Assembly: GCF_018350175.1 (NCBI RefSeq)
Contig: NC_058368.1
Span: 76,820,001-76,884,000 of the forward strand
Source of the DNA: Felis catus
Lineage: Eukaryota
Length of the DNA: 64,000 bases
Direction: 5' to 3'
Part shown: positions 1-11,530 of the stretch, piece after piece
Position numbering within the stretch: position 1 is the stretch's first letter
How the letters are laid out: every line of letters starts with the position of its first letter
Translations under genes and position numbers: made by a program
The notes under the pieces: model-generated
What the model saw: the letters and a program-made list of their open reading frames with translations, nothing else
Databases searched by the model: none
What the model was told of the DNA's origin: nothing

Positions 1-158
1 CCCAAGGTGGGGGAAAAAATCTGTTTTAAGGTTTTCTCTCATAAATAGTTCTTAAAACTTTGGAACCTACTTGCCTTTCTTCGATGTTTCATAAAAATCT
101 GCTTTGTTTGTTAAGCTTCATCTGTGAGTATTTTATGTAGTTTTACAAAACACAGCGG

Positions 159-378
159 GGGGCGCTCCTGGGCAGCTCAATTGGTGAAGCATCTGACTCT
201 TGATTTCAGTTCAGGTCATGAGCTCGGTTCGTGAGTTCAAGCCCTGTGTCGGGCTCTGCGCTGACAGCGTGGAGCCTGCTTGGGATTCTCTCTCTTCCTC
301 TCTTTCCTCCCTCCCTGGCTCGAGAGAGCTCTCTCTTTCTCTCTGTCTCTCAATATAAACTTAAAAAAAAAAAAAAAC
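159..378 (+). mobile_element. SINEC (carnivore tRNA-derived SINE), older type
   Basis: tRNA-like head, ctcttgatttc variant, (CT)n, poly(A). Confidence 0.9.
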
Positions 379-441
379 CCAGTCTGGTTCTTCAGCACCT
401 GACTGTACTTGAGAATGTCCAACCCAATATCCCTAGCAACG

Positions 442-1192
442 TGCCGGGGTCCCTCCCTCTCTGCCCTCGGTGCTCAACTTGGGGCAAGCTAAGGGCAAGA
501 TACAGGCTAACAGCATCCTCCCACCGCCACTCCCCCCCGCCCCAGGTGAAATATGTGTGATATTCCTCAGAGGCTCCCACCTACCCACGAACAAAGGAAA
601 AGGGTTAAAGTGTTTGCCATGGTGATTTGGGAAACTAAGGCAAATGAAAAATTCAATTCCCTTACCTCCTACAGCCCATTGACAAGTCCTTGAAACCGGC
701 AGAGTGACCTCCCTCCAGGAGCTCAGCTGCCTCCATGATGACACTTTGCTGGGGGCAAAAGAGAATCTTGGCTTCACCTTATCCCAACCTCGAGGATCCT
801 GTCAGTCTACTTCCTTTATCTCAACTGCCCCAAGATATACGCAGGCAGTCCTACTCCAAGTTTATGGCCCCCGATATGCATCTGAAAGGTCTCATGACTG
901 AGGCTTTATTAAACGGTAATATAAGTGGCATTTCCCTGGCAACAGCTAGCCCCTCAAGGTCCTGGAAACCTTGTTTCCAAAATACCTTAGAGACTTAACT
1001 CTATCCCTGACCCCCTTCCAACCTGAGGGTAGATAATGAGTTAACCCGTCAGGACCCAGTGCAGCTCATCCTGCCCACCAGTCCTGTCCCCGAGCTTTAA
1101 TAGAATCACCTTTTTGCACCAGAGACGTCTTCAAGAATCCTTTCTGGGCCATCGGCTCCGGACCACCCCACCGTCACCCTAAAACGCCATCG
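442..1192 (+). mobile_element. Carnivore ERV1-type LTR (CarLTR-like), boundaries approximate
   Basis: Recalled LTR motifs (gggaaactaaggcaaa, cagcccattgacaagtccttgaaac), degenerate poly(A) signal tttaatagaa near 1096-1105, ends ...ccatc. Confidence 0.55.
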
Positions 1193-1224
1193 CTCTGGTC
1201 CCGAGGAACCCAGGAGTCCTGCTT

Positions 1225-1540
1225 CTGTGCATGTGGTTCCCTCTGCCTGGACTCCCCCTCCCCCCTGCCCTCCTCACTTCAGACCCAGGTCAACGTTGGC
1301 CTTCTTTGAGACACTTTCTCTGTTCTCCCCCCCAAATACTAGGCCCTCTTCCTAGTATGTGGCACGTGCCTCTCTTTTGGAGACTTTTCACACTGTACAC
1401 ATCTGTACTTACTTTTTCTCTCTCCCTGACTAGATGGTGACTCCCTCACAAACGGGCACAGCGTCCATTCACCTTTGTCCCCTAGCACCGCAGCCACAAA
1501 AGGGTCCATGTGCCTGTAAAGTACTGATCACTAATTTCAT
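1225..1540 (+). mobile_element. L2 LINE 3' fragment
   Basis: gttccctctgcctgga and ctagatggtgactccc...ccctagcac resemble L2 3' end consensus. Confidence 0.5.
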
Positions 1541-1944
1541 AATAGGGGAAATGTTGAACCCAACCCTGTCTCTAACCCTAGCTAATCCAAACCCCACCCT
1601 ACTAGTATCTCATTGGGAAATCAGGAAGAAGAGAGGAAGGGAGGGAGGAAGGAAAAAAGGGGGGGGGATGTATCCAAAGCATCTTTCTATGCCTTTTAAA
1701 ACCTACCCATGTGAAATGACCACTAGAGTTTACTTAGAAGCTTGTGTGATAATGTCCCCTCCCCCCGACCTCCCCGCCGGGGTATTAAGGTCTATTTTGC
1801 AAACATTTATGGAACACCCATCCTGTGCCAATTACTATGCCGAGTACGTGGTAGGCCCTGGTCTCATGGACCAACAGACATTGATCAATGGTCACACATG
1901 CTTATAAGCTATAATAATTGCCACAAATAAAAAAATATGGGGGC

Positions 1945-2162
1945 GGGGTGCCTGGGTGGCGCAGTCGGTTAAGCGTCCGACTTCAGCCAGGTCACGATCT
2001 CGCAGTCCGTGAGTTCGAGCCCCGCGTCAGGCTCTGGGCTGATGGCTCAGAGCCTGGAGCCTGTTTCCGATTCTGTGTCTCCCTCTCTCTCTGCCCCTCC
2101 CCCGTTCATGCTCTGTCTCTCTCTGTCCCAAAAATAAATAAACGTTGAAAAAAAAAATTAAA
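1945..2162 (+). mobile_element. Young SINEC_Fc nested in the head of an older SINE
   Basis: gggtggcgcagtcggttaagcgtccgacttcagccaggtcacg head; 16-bp TSD AAAAAAATATGGGG(G/A)C. Confidence 0.95.
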
Positions 2163-2172
2163 AAAAAAATAT

Positions 2173-2400
2173 GGGGACTCCTGGGTGGCTCAGTAGGTTG
2201 AACGTCCGACTTCTGCTCAGGTCACGATCTCACGTCTTGTAGGTTCAAACCCCGCATCCGGGTCGGTGCTGACAGCTCAGAGCCTGGAGCCTGCTTTGGA
2301 TTCTGTGTCTCCCTCCCTCTCGGCCCCTCCCCTGCTCGTGCTCTCTCTCTCTCTCTCTCTCTCTCTCAAAACTAAATAAACATTAAAAAAATTGTTTTAA
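2173..2400 (+). mobile_element. SINEC_Fc-like SINE
   Basis: Full head, (CT)n, AATAAA-type tail. Confidence 0.93.
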
Positions 2401-5400
2401 ATATATATAAGAGGAGGCTGTGGCCTGGTCTGGGAGCATGTTGATGGGCCTAACACGAAGGACGAAAGGAGTTTGCCACGCGGCAAGGCTGGGGTGGCCG
2501 CATTCAGAGCAGGGAGGACATTGTGTCACAAAGCTTCAGAGTCACCCCTGGGCCTGAATGTGGACCCGGAGGTCAGTGTGCCCGGAGAACAAAGATGAAG
2601 GGGCCTGAGAAGAAAGCAGGGGCAGATGACCGTGGGCCTGCCTGGCCACCTCAGGGGCAAAGGGAAACCACAGAGGGCTTTGCACCTGAGGGTGACGCCA
2701 TGAGATGAGTATTTTGAACATGTCCAGCCACTGGGTAAAGACGCAAAGAAGGCAAATGGGTGCAGCGAAACCATTTCAGGCATCCAGGCAACAGAGGGGG
2801 ACCGGTTGTGGGGAGAAGAGAAGAAAATAGGTAATTCCTAGAAGCCAAAACCAATAGGACTTGGGGAAGAGTTGGAGGCAGGGAAGTTAGCGGGCAGACA
2901 GGCTGAGACTTCTGGTCTGAAAGATGGACAAGTCCTTAGTTCGTTTACTGAGACAAGGGATCCTTGGAGACCCTCCCCGAGTCGTTTGGGACGTGTTGAG
3001 TCTCAGGGGGTTTCTAGACACCCACGTGGGCTTTGGGTGCCTCTCATAATTACTTGCAGGAACACAGAGGAACCAAATCCGCCGTTGAGGCCTCGGCAGG
3101 TTGAGTCTCAAACCAGGAAAGGTTTGGGAGGAGATTGGAGGAGGAGAAAGGTGTCTGTCTTCCGGCCTCGCACTTGAGCGAAAGCCCGCGTTAGCCTTCT
3201 TTGTCTTCTTTGTAAATCGCGTCTCTGTGGGAAGTACTACAAACAAGTAACTGCCAAGGCCAATCGCTGTGAAGATGCAAAGGATAGAAGCTTCGGAGGT
3301 GGGAAAAGCCAAAAATTCACTCGATCCACCAGCCAGCCACCTATCACGCACCCCACCATCACACCTACGTGTGCGATGGCACCCTCGGACCTTGATACTC
3401 TATCACACGGTATTATTCAATTTCACTTCTTCCGGTTCTTAGGTATGTCCACTTTTCCTTACCTGAATATACGTTTTTGAGGGTCAAATCCTTCTTTGTA
3501 ATCCTTACTCCTCACAAGACCTAGAAAAATGCTCTACTTAAGAGTCTCTCAATAAAGAGCTGTGGAGAGAGTTGAAATAAGGACAGCGACATTAGCTAAA
3601 CATCCGGCGAGAAGGGTCTTCCGTGAGTTGTCAGGGTGCGGTCATCAGCGGGTCCTCGCGTGGCCTTTATGGCTCTGCAGGGGAAAGCGTTCACGCACTG
3701 AGACGCTCATCCCTCCGTCCGACAGGCACTGTACCACGGCCATAGGCAGGACACAGAAGGGGAAAGATGCTTTCTCCCAGGAGTGACCCACGACAGGACC
3801 TGCCGGGGTGCCGGCTTGGCCTGGAGAGTCTCTCCAAACTACACAGAAGCCACAGCTTCTGCTGACCCAAAAGCAAGAAGAAGGCATCGTTCGTCTTTCA
3901 AACACCCTCGCTGTTGCTCTGCTTTGCGAAGACCCGGCTCCCTGCCTTGCTGAATGTCAGTATGAGAGATACTTAAACTATGCAGAATGATGGTTTGGGA
4001 GGAGAGGCAGCATAAAAGGTGAAATGGACAGGAAGGTTCTTGTCCAAAATTGTTGTGAAACCAAGAAGAGGCATGTGCCCCTCCCTGACTCCTGAGAGCC
4101 CTGAGATCCTCTACACGGCCGTTTCGTCATCCTTCTGTGACTAACTCTCTGTCTGGCAACACAACGCCCTCACCGCCACCAGACCTGGTGCGAAGATTCA
4201 GACACCCCCCCCCCCACTTTGGGGCAGACGTGGGTTCAAGGGGGCTGGGGAGGGTTCCCACAGCAGCCGCAGGGGGAACATCTCTCCTGGATACTTGGGG
4301 GACTCCTCCGTGTAGACCACACACCAATCCGCAGTGTGCCCTCCCACCCAGACGGCAGAGCCGGTCCTGGCTTAAGACCCCCCTGGCCGTAGACCTTGAG
4401 CACGGGAGTGATTTCCTCCCTGCTCGGTCTCCTCGGCTGTTCCACAGAGCTGGAAGTTTCGCCCAACGCCAGAGGGCTGCGAGGAGAAATAATACAAGGC
4501 TATAAAATCCTTCCGAGTATAAGAGCATTTTGTAGTGTATAATAATTTCCATGGTCATTAGCATTATTTCAAAGTTGCGTAGGAAGCAGTGGTCTACCAA
4601 AATTTCTGAACTGGGGATAATTAAAGAATAATGAGAGTCTTGCCCCGGGCACCTGGGCATCTGCGTTGGACGCACACTGAGCTAGGTGCCCCTGAAGGTG
4701 CTGGTTTACTTTGGAGAAAGACAGACTTGTTTTTCAAGGTGGGACGGTTTGTGGCGATAGACGGCGGAAGTGAGTTCCGCAGTGACGGGGCAACCATTCA
4801 TCCTTCATCAGCTTGACACTTTGTCTTTCAGGCTGGATGGTTGTTAAAATGAGAGTCCACACTGGTCCAGGAATGTGGAATTCTTCTCGTGTGTGTATTG
4901 TTATTTTTATACTTTTGATTATTTTCTTAATCTACTTTCCAGGCTTCCTTATTTTATCAGCTGAAAAGCTGGAAAATATCCTTGTGACTAAATACTTTGC
5001 TGTTTATTATTTTACTTATTTTTTTTAGCCAAACCCTACGATAACATATTAATTTGATAATGTTCCATTAAACACATTACTAGGAGGTGGAAAAATATAA
5101 CAATTAAGGAACGTTTTAGCAATGTTTAGTAAAATGCATTCTCGCGCATAAAAAAAATCATATTTAAGTGCATATAAAAATGCATTCCCTAGCATAAAGA
5201 CATCATCCGTTTTGAGCTTTAGGATCTGTGACAAATGATGTATAGTAACAAGCTATAGGTACAAGTACACACACATTTTGTAAAGCACAAACTAGAAGCA
5301 ATGACATGTGGACAATGTTCTGGGATGTGGTGTGAAGATTAAAAGCTTGAATGTTTGGTTCTAACACTGTTTGTTATAATCAGCAAATCATTGACCTTCC

Positions 5401-5504
5401 TTCATTGACTCCATCAAATGCGTAGTGGAAATTATGTTACTATGTTACAGTGACATCATCACGAGGAACTAAGAAGCACAAAGGTATCCCATAAATGCTG
5501 CAGA

Positions 5505-5723
5505 GGGGCGCCTGGGTGGCGCAGTCGGTTAAGCGTCCGACTTCAGCCAGGTCACGATCTCGCGGTCTGGGAGTTCAAGCCCCGCGTCGGGCTCTGGGCT
5601 GATGGCTCAGAGCCTGGAGCCTGCTTCCGATTCTGTGTCTCCCTCTCTCTCTGCCCCTCCCCCCGTTCATGCTCTGTCTCTCTCTGTCCCAAAAATAAAT
5701 AAAAAACGTTGAAAAAAAAAATT
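5505..5723 (+). mobile_element. Young SINEC_Fc
   Basis: Perfect 13-bp TSD TAAATGCTGCAGA (5492-5504 / 5724-5736). Confidence 0.95.
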
Positions 5724-6442
5724 TAAATGCTGCAGAAAAATAAGCATTCAGGTAGATCTTGAGTTTAAACACATTTTGTCCAGAAGTCAAGCTAACGAAC
5801 AGGCCATTTCAGATATAACTTTTAGGATATAGCTAATAAGCAGACTGAATCTCATTAAGTATTAAGATATAATCAATGTTCTCCCAAGAAAGGGAATAAT
5901 CGTGGTAGAATTTAGGCTCATATCTTCTCGACGGCAAAGATTTCAATAAAGAAAAGAGGGAAATTCAAAAGGGTTATTTGCAAGTGATGTTCACCCATGT
6001 AAGGAAATCTTATTAGGAAGATAATCACGTGAAGCCATCTTGAACGAGAATCCGTATTTTTGGACTTTACTAAAGTCGGTGGTATTTCTGTTGTAAATCT
6101 GTATTTCCTTCTACACGTTTTTCTACTACTCAAGTTTTACATTCAATTTTTAGAAAGTAGTTATGGAAGCAATCAACATCTGTGGTGGTATCGGAAAATA
6201 AATATCGAGCAGAAAGCCAAAAAACAATAAGATTAAGTAATATTTACATAATGGGCCTTAATTAACCACATGCACAAATGTCTTAAATTAAAGTAGCAAA
6301 AACTTGAAACTAGATGTTGGGATGCTTGAGAAAAGCTTAACATTCCTTTACCCCAGACATTTTTTTTTTCCTAAACAAGTTTGTTTAAAATAATTAGAAA
6401 AGGAAACAAATCCTTATGAGCCATATATACGAGTACAGACAT

Positions 6443-6463
6443 GCACACACACACACACACACA
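6443..6463. repeat. (CA)n microsatellite
   Basis: Direct reading. Confidence 0.85.
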
Positions 6464-6583
6464 TTTTAAAAATTTAGCCTCAATTTATTTCTCATGTGCT
6501 AGTGTGCAATCATTATCCTGCATTATAAAAATTTATTGTGAACAGAGCTTAAATACATTTTGTTTAATATAATACCAACTGTT

Positions 6584-6805
6584 GGGGTGCCTGGGTGGCG
6601 CAGTCGGTTAAGCGTCCGACTTCAGCCAGGTCACGATCTCGCGGTCCGTGAGTTCAAGCCCCGCGTCAGGCTCTGGGCTGATGGCTCAGGGCCTGAAGCC
6701 TGTTTCCGATTCTGTGTCTCCCTCTCTCTCTGCCCCTCCCCCGTTCATGCTCTGTCTCTCTCTGTCCCAAAAATAAATAAACGTTGAAAAAAAAATTTTT
6801 TTTTA
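6584..6805 (+). mobile_element. Young SINEC_Fc
   Basis: Perfect 18-bp TSD AATATAATACCAACTGTT (6566-6583 / 6806-6823). Confidence 0.95.
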
Positions 6806-6879
6806 AATATAATACCAACTGTTATAAAAGTTTCACTTTGCGTTGGGTATGGCCTTGCTTCCTTGCCTTGCTCAGACTA

Positions 6880-7270
6880 GCAACATACACAATACCGGAA
6901 AAGGCACAACCGTGGAGACAGTAAACAGATCGGGTGATTTCGGGGGTTAGGGGAGAAGAAGGGATGAACAGACAGAGCACAGAAGATGTGTAGGAAAATG
7001 AAAGTGTTCTGTATGATTCCACAGTATCAGGTACCTGCCTTTGCACATCTGTCCAAACCCCTAGAATGCACATCACCAAGAGTGACCCTCAGGTAAAGTA
7101 TGGACTCCGGATGATGAGGACACCTCGATGTGTTTTCCTCGGTTGTAACAAATGCACCCTTTGGTGGGGATGTTTGGAATGAGGGGCCTAGGCTAGGTGT
7201 GTGGGAGTGCAGGACGTTTATGGGGAATCTCTACCTCGACTCAATTTTGCTGGGAACCCGAAACCACAAA
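6880..7270 (+). mobile_element. Old L1 (L1MC-like) 3' UTR fragment
   Basis: ggaaaaggcacaaccgtggagacagtaa, tgtccaaacccctagaatgcacatcaccaagagtgaccct and tgtaacaaatgcacc match recalled L1MC 3' UTR motifs. Confidence 0.7.
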
Positions 7271-7945
7271 CTGAAGTCTGGTCAAATGTTGAGCTATTAC
7301 AAGTGTATGTAGGTTACAATCTCTACATATCCGACCTCTAAATCTATATTTCTTTTTTATTAAGGACACAAGTACAAATAACCGTCTAACCGAGAACAGC
7401 TGATAATGTTTTTCCTCACGTCTTTTTCCCTACTGACCATGTCAAAAAACTTTTCTTTCTGACGTCAAATATCTTGAAATACTGAATTTTCTGAGCCCTG
7501 TGTTCCTGTTGACCGAACTCCCCTTCTTGGTGGGCTTATGTCTGCCGTGGAAGGATTCACCCCCTTTGCACTTGATACGCAAGCTTCTTGGGAAGCTGCT
7601 TTCTTCTCTCACTTCCTCCCGGCTGATCCTACCCAGGGTCAGCTTGCATTTCCAAAGGGGAGTCAAGCAAAGAGAAAGAAGGACGCACCATGCACCTGTC
7701 ACGTGCTGGGCACTCACTGAGAGCATATGTGTCGAATGAACGAACAAATACGTGAACGAATGAACTGGTTTCTTATCTGTTCACATCCAGTCCTGCACTT
7801 CTCGGTTAATCTCTCGTGCTGGACTAATCTTGGGCAAGAGTATGAAACAAGCAGCATGAGTAGCACGTTCCACAAACCTCTTCCTTCCCAATGTTCAAGG
7901 CCACAGGCGCTGCCTTTCTGCTGCTACTCCAGGTCACAACCATGC

Positions 7946-8615
7946 TGTGTCAGTGTCCTAGGGCTGCAGTGCCACAAACGGGGTGGCTTAAAACAATAGA
8001 GATATAGGGGCGCCTGGGTGGCTCAGTCGGTTGAGCGTCCGACTTCAGCCCAGGTCGTGATCTCGCGGTCCGTGGGTTCGAGCCTCGCATCGGGCTCTAT
8101 CCTGACAGCCCAGGGCCTGTTTCAGATTCTGTGTCTCCCTCTCTCTGACCCTCCCCTGTTCATGCTCTGTCTCTCTCTGTCTCAAAAATAAATAAACATT
8201 AAAAAAAATTAAAAACAAAAACAAAAAACAAAACAAAAAAAAACAGAGATTTAGTGCCTCGCTGTTCTGAAGGCCAAAGCCAAAACTCAAGGTGTCTGCA
8301 CGGCCACGGTCCTTCTGGACTCTGGGTGGAACCCTTCCTTGCCCCTTCCAGCTTCCGAGGTTGCTGGCCATCCTCGGTGCTCGTTGGCTACCAGCTGCAC
8401 CGCCTCGTCTCTGCCTCTATTGTCACGTGCCACCCTCCCTGTGTGTCCTTGTCTTCACCTGACATTTTGTCTTTTTATTAGGACAACAGTCGTACTGGAT
8501 GAAGGTCCACTCCGATGACCTCCTCTTGACACGTTTATACTTGCAAAGATCCTATTTCCAAATAAGGCCACCCATCCACACGTACCGGGGGTTAGGGCTT
8601 GGGCGTACCTTACTG
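7946..8615 (-). mobile_element. MLT1 (MaLR) LTR interrupted by a SINE
   Basis: gggtggcttaaaacaa, aaggtgtctgca, cttgccccttccagcttc, cctatttccaaataaggcca, ggggttagg are typical reverse-strand MLT1 motifs. Confidence 0.75.
8007..8242 (+). mobile_element. SINEC_Fc inserted in MLT1
   Basis: ggggcgcctgggtggctcag head, long A/C tail. Confidence 0.93.
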
Positions 8616-10199
8616 GAAGTGCCCATGCCTCAAAATGCTTCCTAAAAAATCACGATGACCACTATGACAGTGGCAGCTGTGCGAACCAACAGAATGAGAA
8701 CAAACAGCCACGCCCTGGTGATGATTTAGAACAGCTTAATGTCTCCTTATTCCAGAAGTGCTCATTCCGAACAAGTGTGTCGCAAACAATGGGAAAACCA
8801 TACACATCTCTACCTCTTGATTTTACCAAAGGTAATAACCACGTCTTACGTAAGCTTCCAATTCCCTAGCGTTAGCCGCCGGCTGCAGAGGAAGTGATCT
8901 CATGTTCAATCAGGCTGAAATTTGGGGAAATTGGTGTTTTTGTCCAGTGATGTGAAACCTAGTGGTAAAATGCTCCGTCTTGCACTAGGAGGCTGGAAAA
9001 GGGTCTAGGCTACGCGCTCGGCGATCTGCACGGTAGGCGTCGGAGGCCATCGTCAGATCTGTCCATAACCGAGATCCGTTTTTGCAGATCTCACTGGCTG
9101 CTCGCCTCTGAGCAGAGCAAAACTCCAGTTTCTCTCTCACTGGGCTCACCAGCTCCAAGTTCCTCAGCAAGTTTAGGGGAGGAGGCAAGATGGCTTTGGG
9201 TAGGCTCATTCTAGAAGCTTGGGGTAAATGCCTACGTAGCTCCCACGAAGACAGACGTTCATCGTTTACAGTGTTCGATGGCATAGTTTCTATAAACTGA
9301 CAACACAGAGAGAAGTAAGACGATGTGTCCGAACCCACCCACGTCTCTGCTGCATCCGACAGTCACAAAGACCTTATGGATCCCCGTCCCGAGTGACCTC
9401 GTCTTAGCTTTTCTGGAGTGCACTGTACACGGAAACTTTCCACATTAGCTGGCTTTTCATCCCCGATGAACAGGGAAATCTAGGAAGAAAACATTTTCTG
9501 TTGCTTTAGGAAAATCCTAAACAAATTTAGCATGGCTTTAAAAAGGTATGAGCGTCTACAAGATTGAGAGCCGCATAATGACCTGTAATGAAGTGCCCTT
9601 CACCCCCATCTCACTCCAGCCCCGTGAGAGTCAGGAGAAGGGGTCCGCTGGCAGTTGCCGAGTGAGGAATCCCCACCAGGTTTGCTCGAAGGCTCTGGAG
9701 TAGCGAGCTCTCGCTTAGGTGAAATCGGGGGCGGGGGGGGGGGGATCAGGGGAATCAGGGGAGTAGATCGCACATGACTATTTCTAAGTTGAAATCGCTT
9801 ACCGCTTTTGAAGGCGCTGACCATAAACACCAGTGGGTTTTTAAATTTTCGTTTTATTTTGTTTCGTTTTTACCTGTTTCCTCTGCGCAAGGGGAGCACA
9901 GGCCGATTAGTGTACGAGACAGTAATTTACCAATTTAATTCATTCACTCATTCATTCCCTTGATGCATATTTAAGGACTGACACACAACGGGCTCCAAAG
10001 CTCCAGGCGGGGAGGAGGCGACGGGAACGTGTGCTTCTCAGGGGACACCTCCAGACGTTCCCCCACATCTCACGACCACAGCCACATCGTGCGGCCATCC
10101 CCAGATGCAGGGACGGGCAGGAGAGACAGCTGTTGGCTGCAGCTCCTACGGTCGAGGCGGGAAGCAGATGTCGGGGGTCAGGGAACAGAGCCTGGGACA

Positions 10200-10720
10200 G
10201 AGCCCTTCGAAGGGGCAGGTGCCTGAAATAGACCCGGAAGACACGAAGGAAGCAACTGACTGAAGACGGAGAGGAAGAGCGTTCTAGGCAGAAGTCAAAG
10301 CAAGGATGCAGCCCTGGCCTGGGACTGAGCTTGGCCAGATCAAGGCACGTGGTGCCGCTGGAGCTCGGTGACTGAGGGGAGAGCCGAAGGCACCGAGGTT
10401 CGGCAGGTGGTCAGAGGCAGATCAGGGAAGGGCTTGCGGGGAATTTTGGATTTTGTTTTTCTCAGTATAATGGGAGACAGGTGGCAGACTTTAAGGATGG
10501 GGTAAACTTATCCTCTCTGCATCTGCAGAAGTCATTCTGGGAAGCTGCTGAGTGGGTCGGATTGTCAGGGAGCAAGACAGAGGAGGAGCAAGCGATTAGG
10601 GGTCTCTCTCAGGAGGCTGGCAGGACATGGTAATTCCACGGGCTAGAATAGTAGGGGGAAGGTGCGGAGAGGTAGACAGATCGGGGACTTAATTTAGGGG
10701 CAAATCACAGAACTTACTGG
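10200..10720 (-). mobile_element. L2 LINE fragment
   Basis: ggaagagcgttctaggcaga, gctggagc...gagggga, aattttggattttgtt resemble reverse L2. Confidence 0.5.
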
Positions 10721-10939
10721 TGGGGTGGAGTGTGTCATTTATCATCCAGACAGCGATAATTTTGAGAGGGAAAGATTAGCACACCTAAGTGAGTGTCCCA
10801 GGCAAACCGGGACATAGGGCAGAGGTGGGGAATAGAGGACCAGCCCCGGATGGGGGCGGGACAATGGCACAGGTGACATGGAGCCGGCAGTGGGCCAGGC
10901 TGTGAGCGTCTGAGCTAGGCTGAGTTTGAGGCAGCCATT

Positions 10940-11530
10940 CGTCAGTCAGGATTCTCTAGAGAACAGAGCGGAAGGAGGGAAATGGATACCTGAACGGATG
11001 GATAGATACATAGAGAGGTACACTTATTTTAAGGAATTAAATCCATAGGGCAGGTTAGTGGGCTGACAATTCAGGCAGGATTTCTGTGGTACTGTCTGGA
11101 ACAGAATCCTTTCCTCTGCGGGCATCTTCAGTTTTTGTTGAAACTGATCGGATGAAGCCCACCCACGGTATTGAAGGGAATTGGTTTCACTTACAGTCAC
11201 CTGATTTGTAGGTGTTCACCACAACCCCAAAATCCTTTACAGACACATCTATGTAAGTGTTTGATCAAATACCTTGGGGCGCCTGGATGGCTCAGTTGGT
11301 TAAGCGACCGACTTCAGCTCAGGTCATGATCCTGAGTTTGTGAGTTCGAGCCCCATGTCGGGCTCTGTGCTGACCGCTCAGAGCCTAGAGACTGCTTCAG
11401 ATGCTGTGTCTCCCCCTCTCTCTACTCCCCCCATGCTCATGCTCTGTGTCTCTCTGTCTCCCAATAATAAATAAACGTTAGAAAAAAAATTGAAATAACC
11501 AGGTCCTTTGACACATAAGGCTGCCCCTCA
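10940..11530 (-). mobile_element. MLT2 (ERVL) LTR interrupted by a SINE
   Basis: agtcaggattctctagagaacaga, ggatgaagcccacccac, gtgtttgatcaaa and ttgacacataa match reverse MLT2. Confidence 0.7.
11276..11492 (+). mobile_element. SINEC_Fc-like SINE inserted in MLT2
   Basis: Full head, (CT)n, A tail. Confidence 0.93.

Noticed and set aside
1918..2148. ORFs such as GVPGWRSRLSVRLQPGHDLAVREF... recurring at 1918, 6560, 23417, 56089
   Set aside because: Translations of SINEC sequence, not a gene family.
4127..4675. 182-aa minus-strand ORF and other 100-170 aa ORFs in the intergenic part (e.g. 22755, 24980, 34434, 36121)
   Set aside because: Many start at non-ATG codons, with no splice-consistent structure or recognisable protein; expected by chance in GC-rich mammalian DNA.
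5505..5590. tRNA-like A/B boxes as a tRNA gene
   Set aside because: Head of a tRNA-derived SINE followed by SINE body, tail and TSD.
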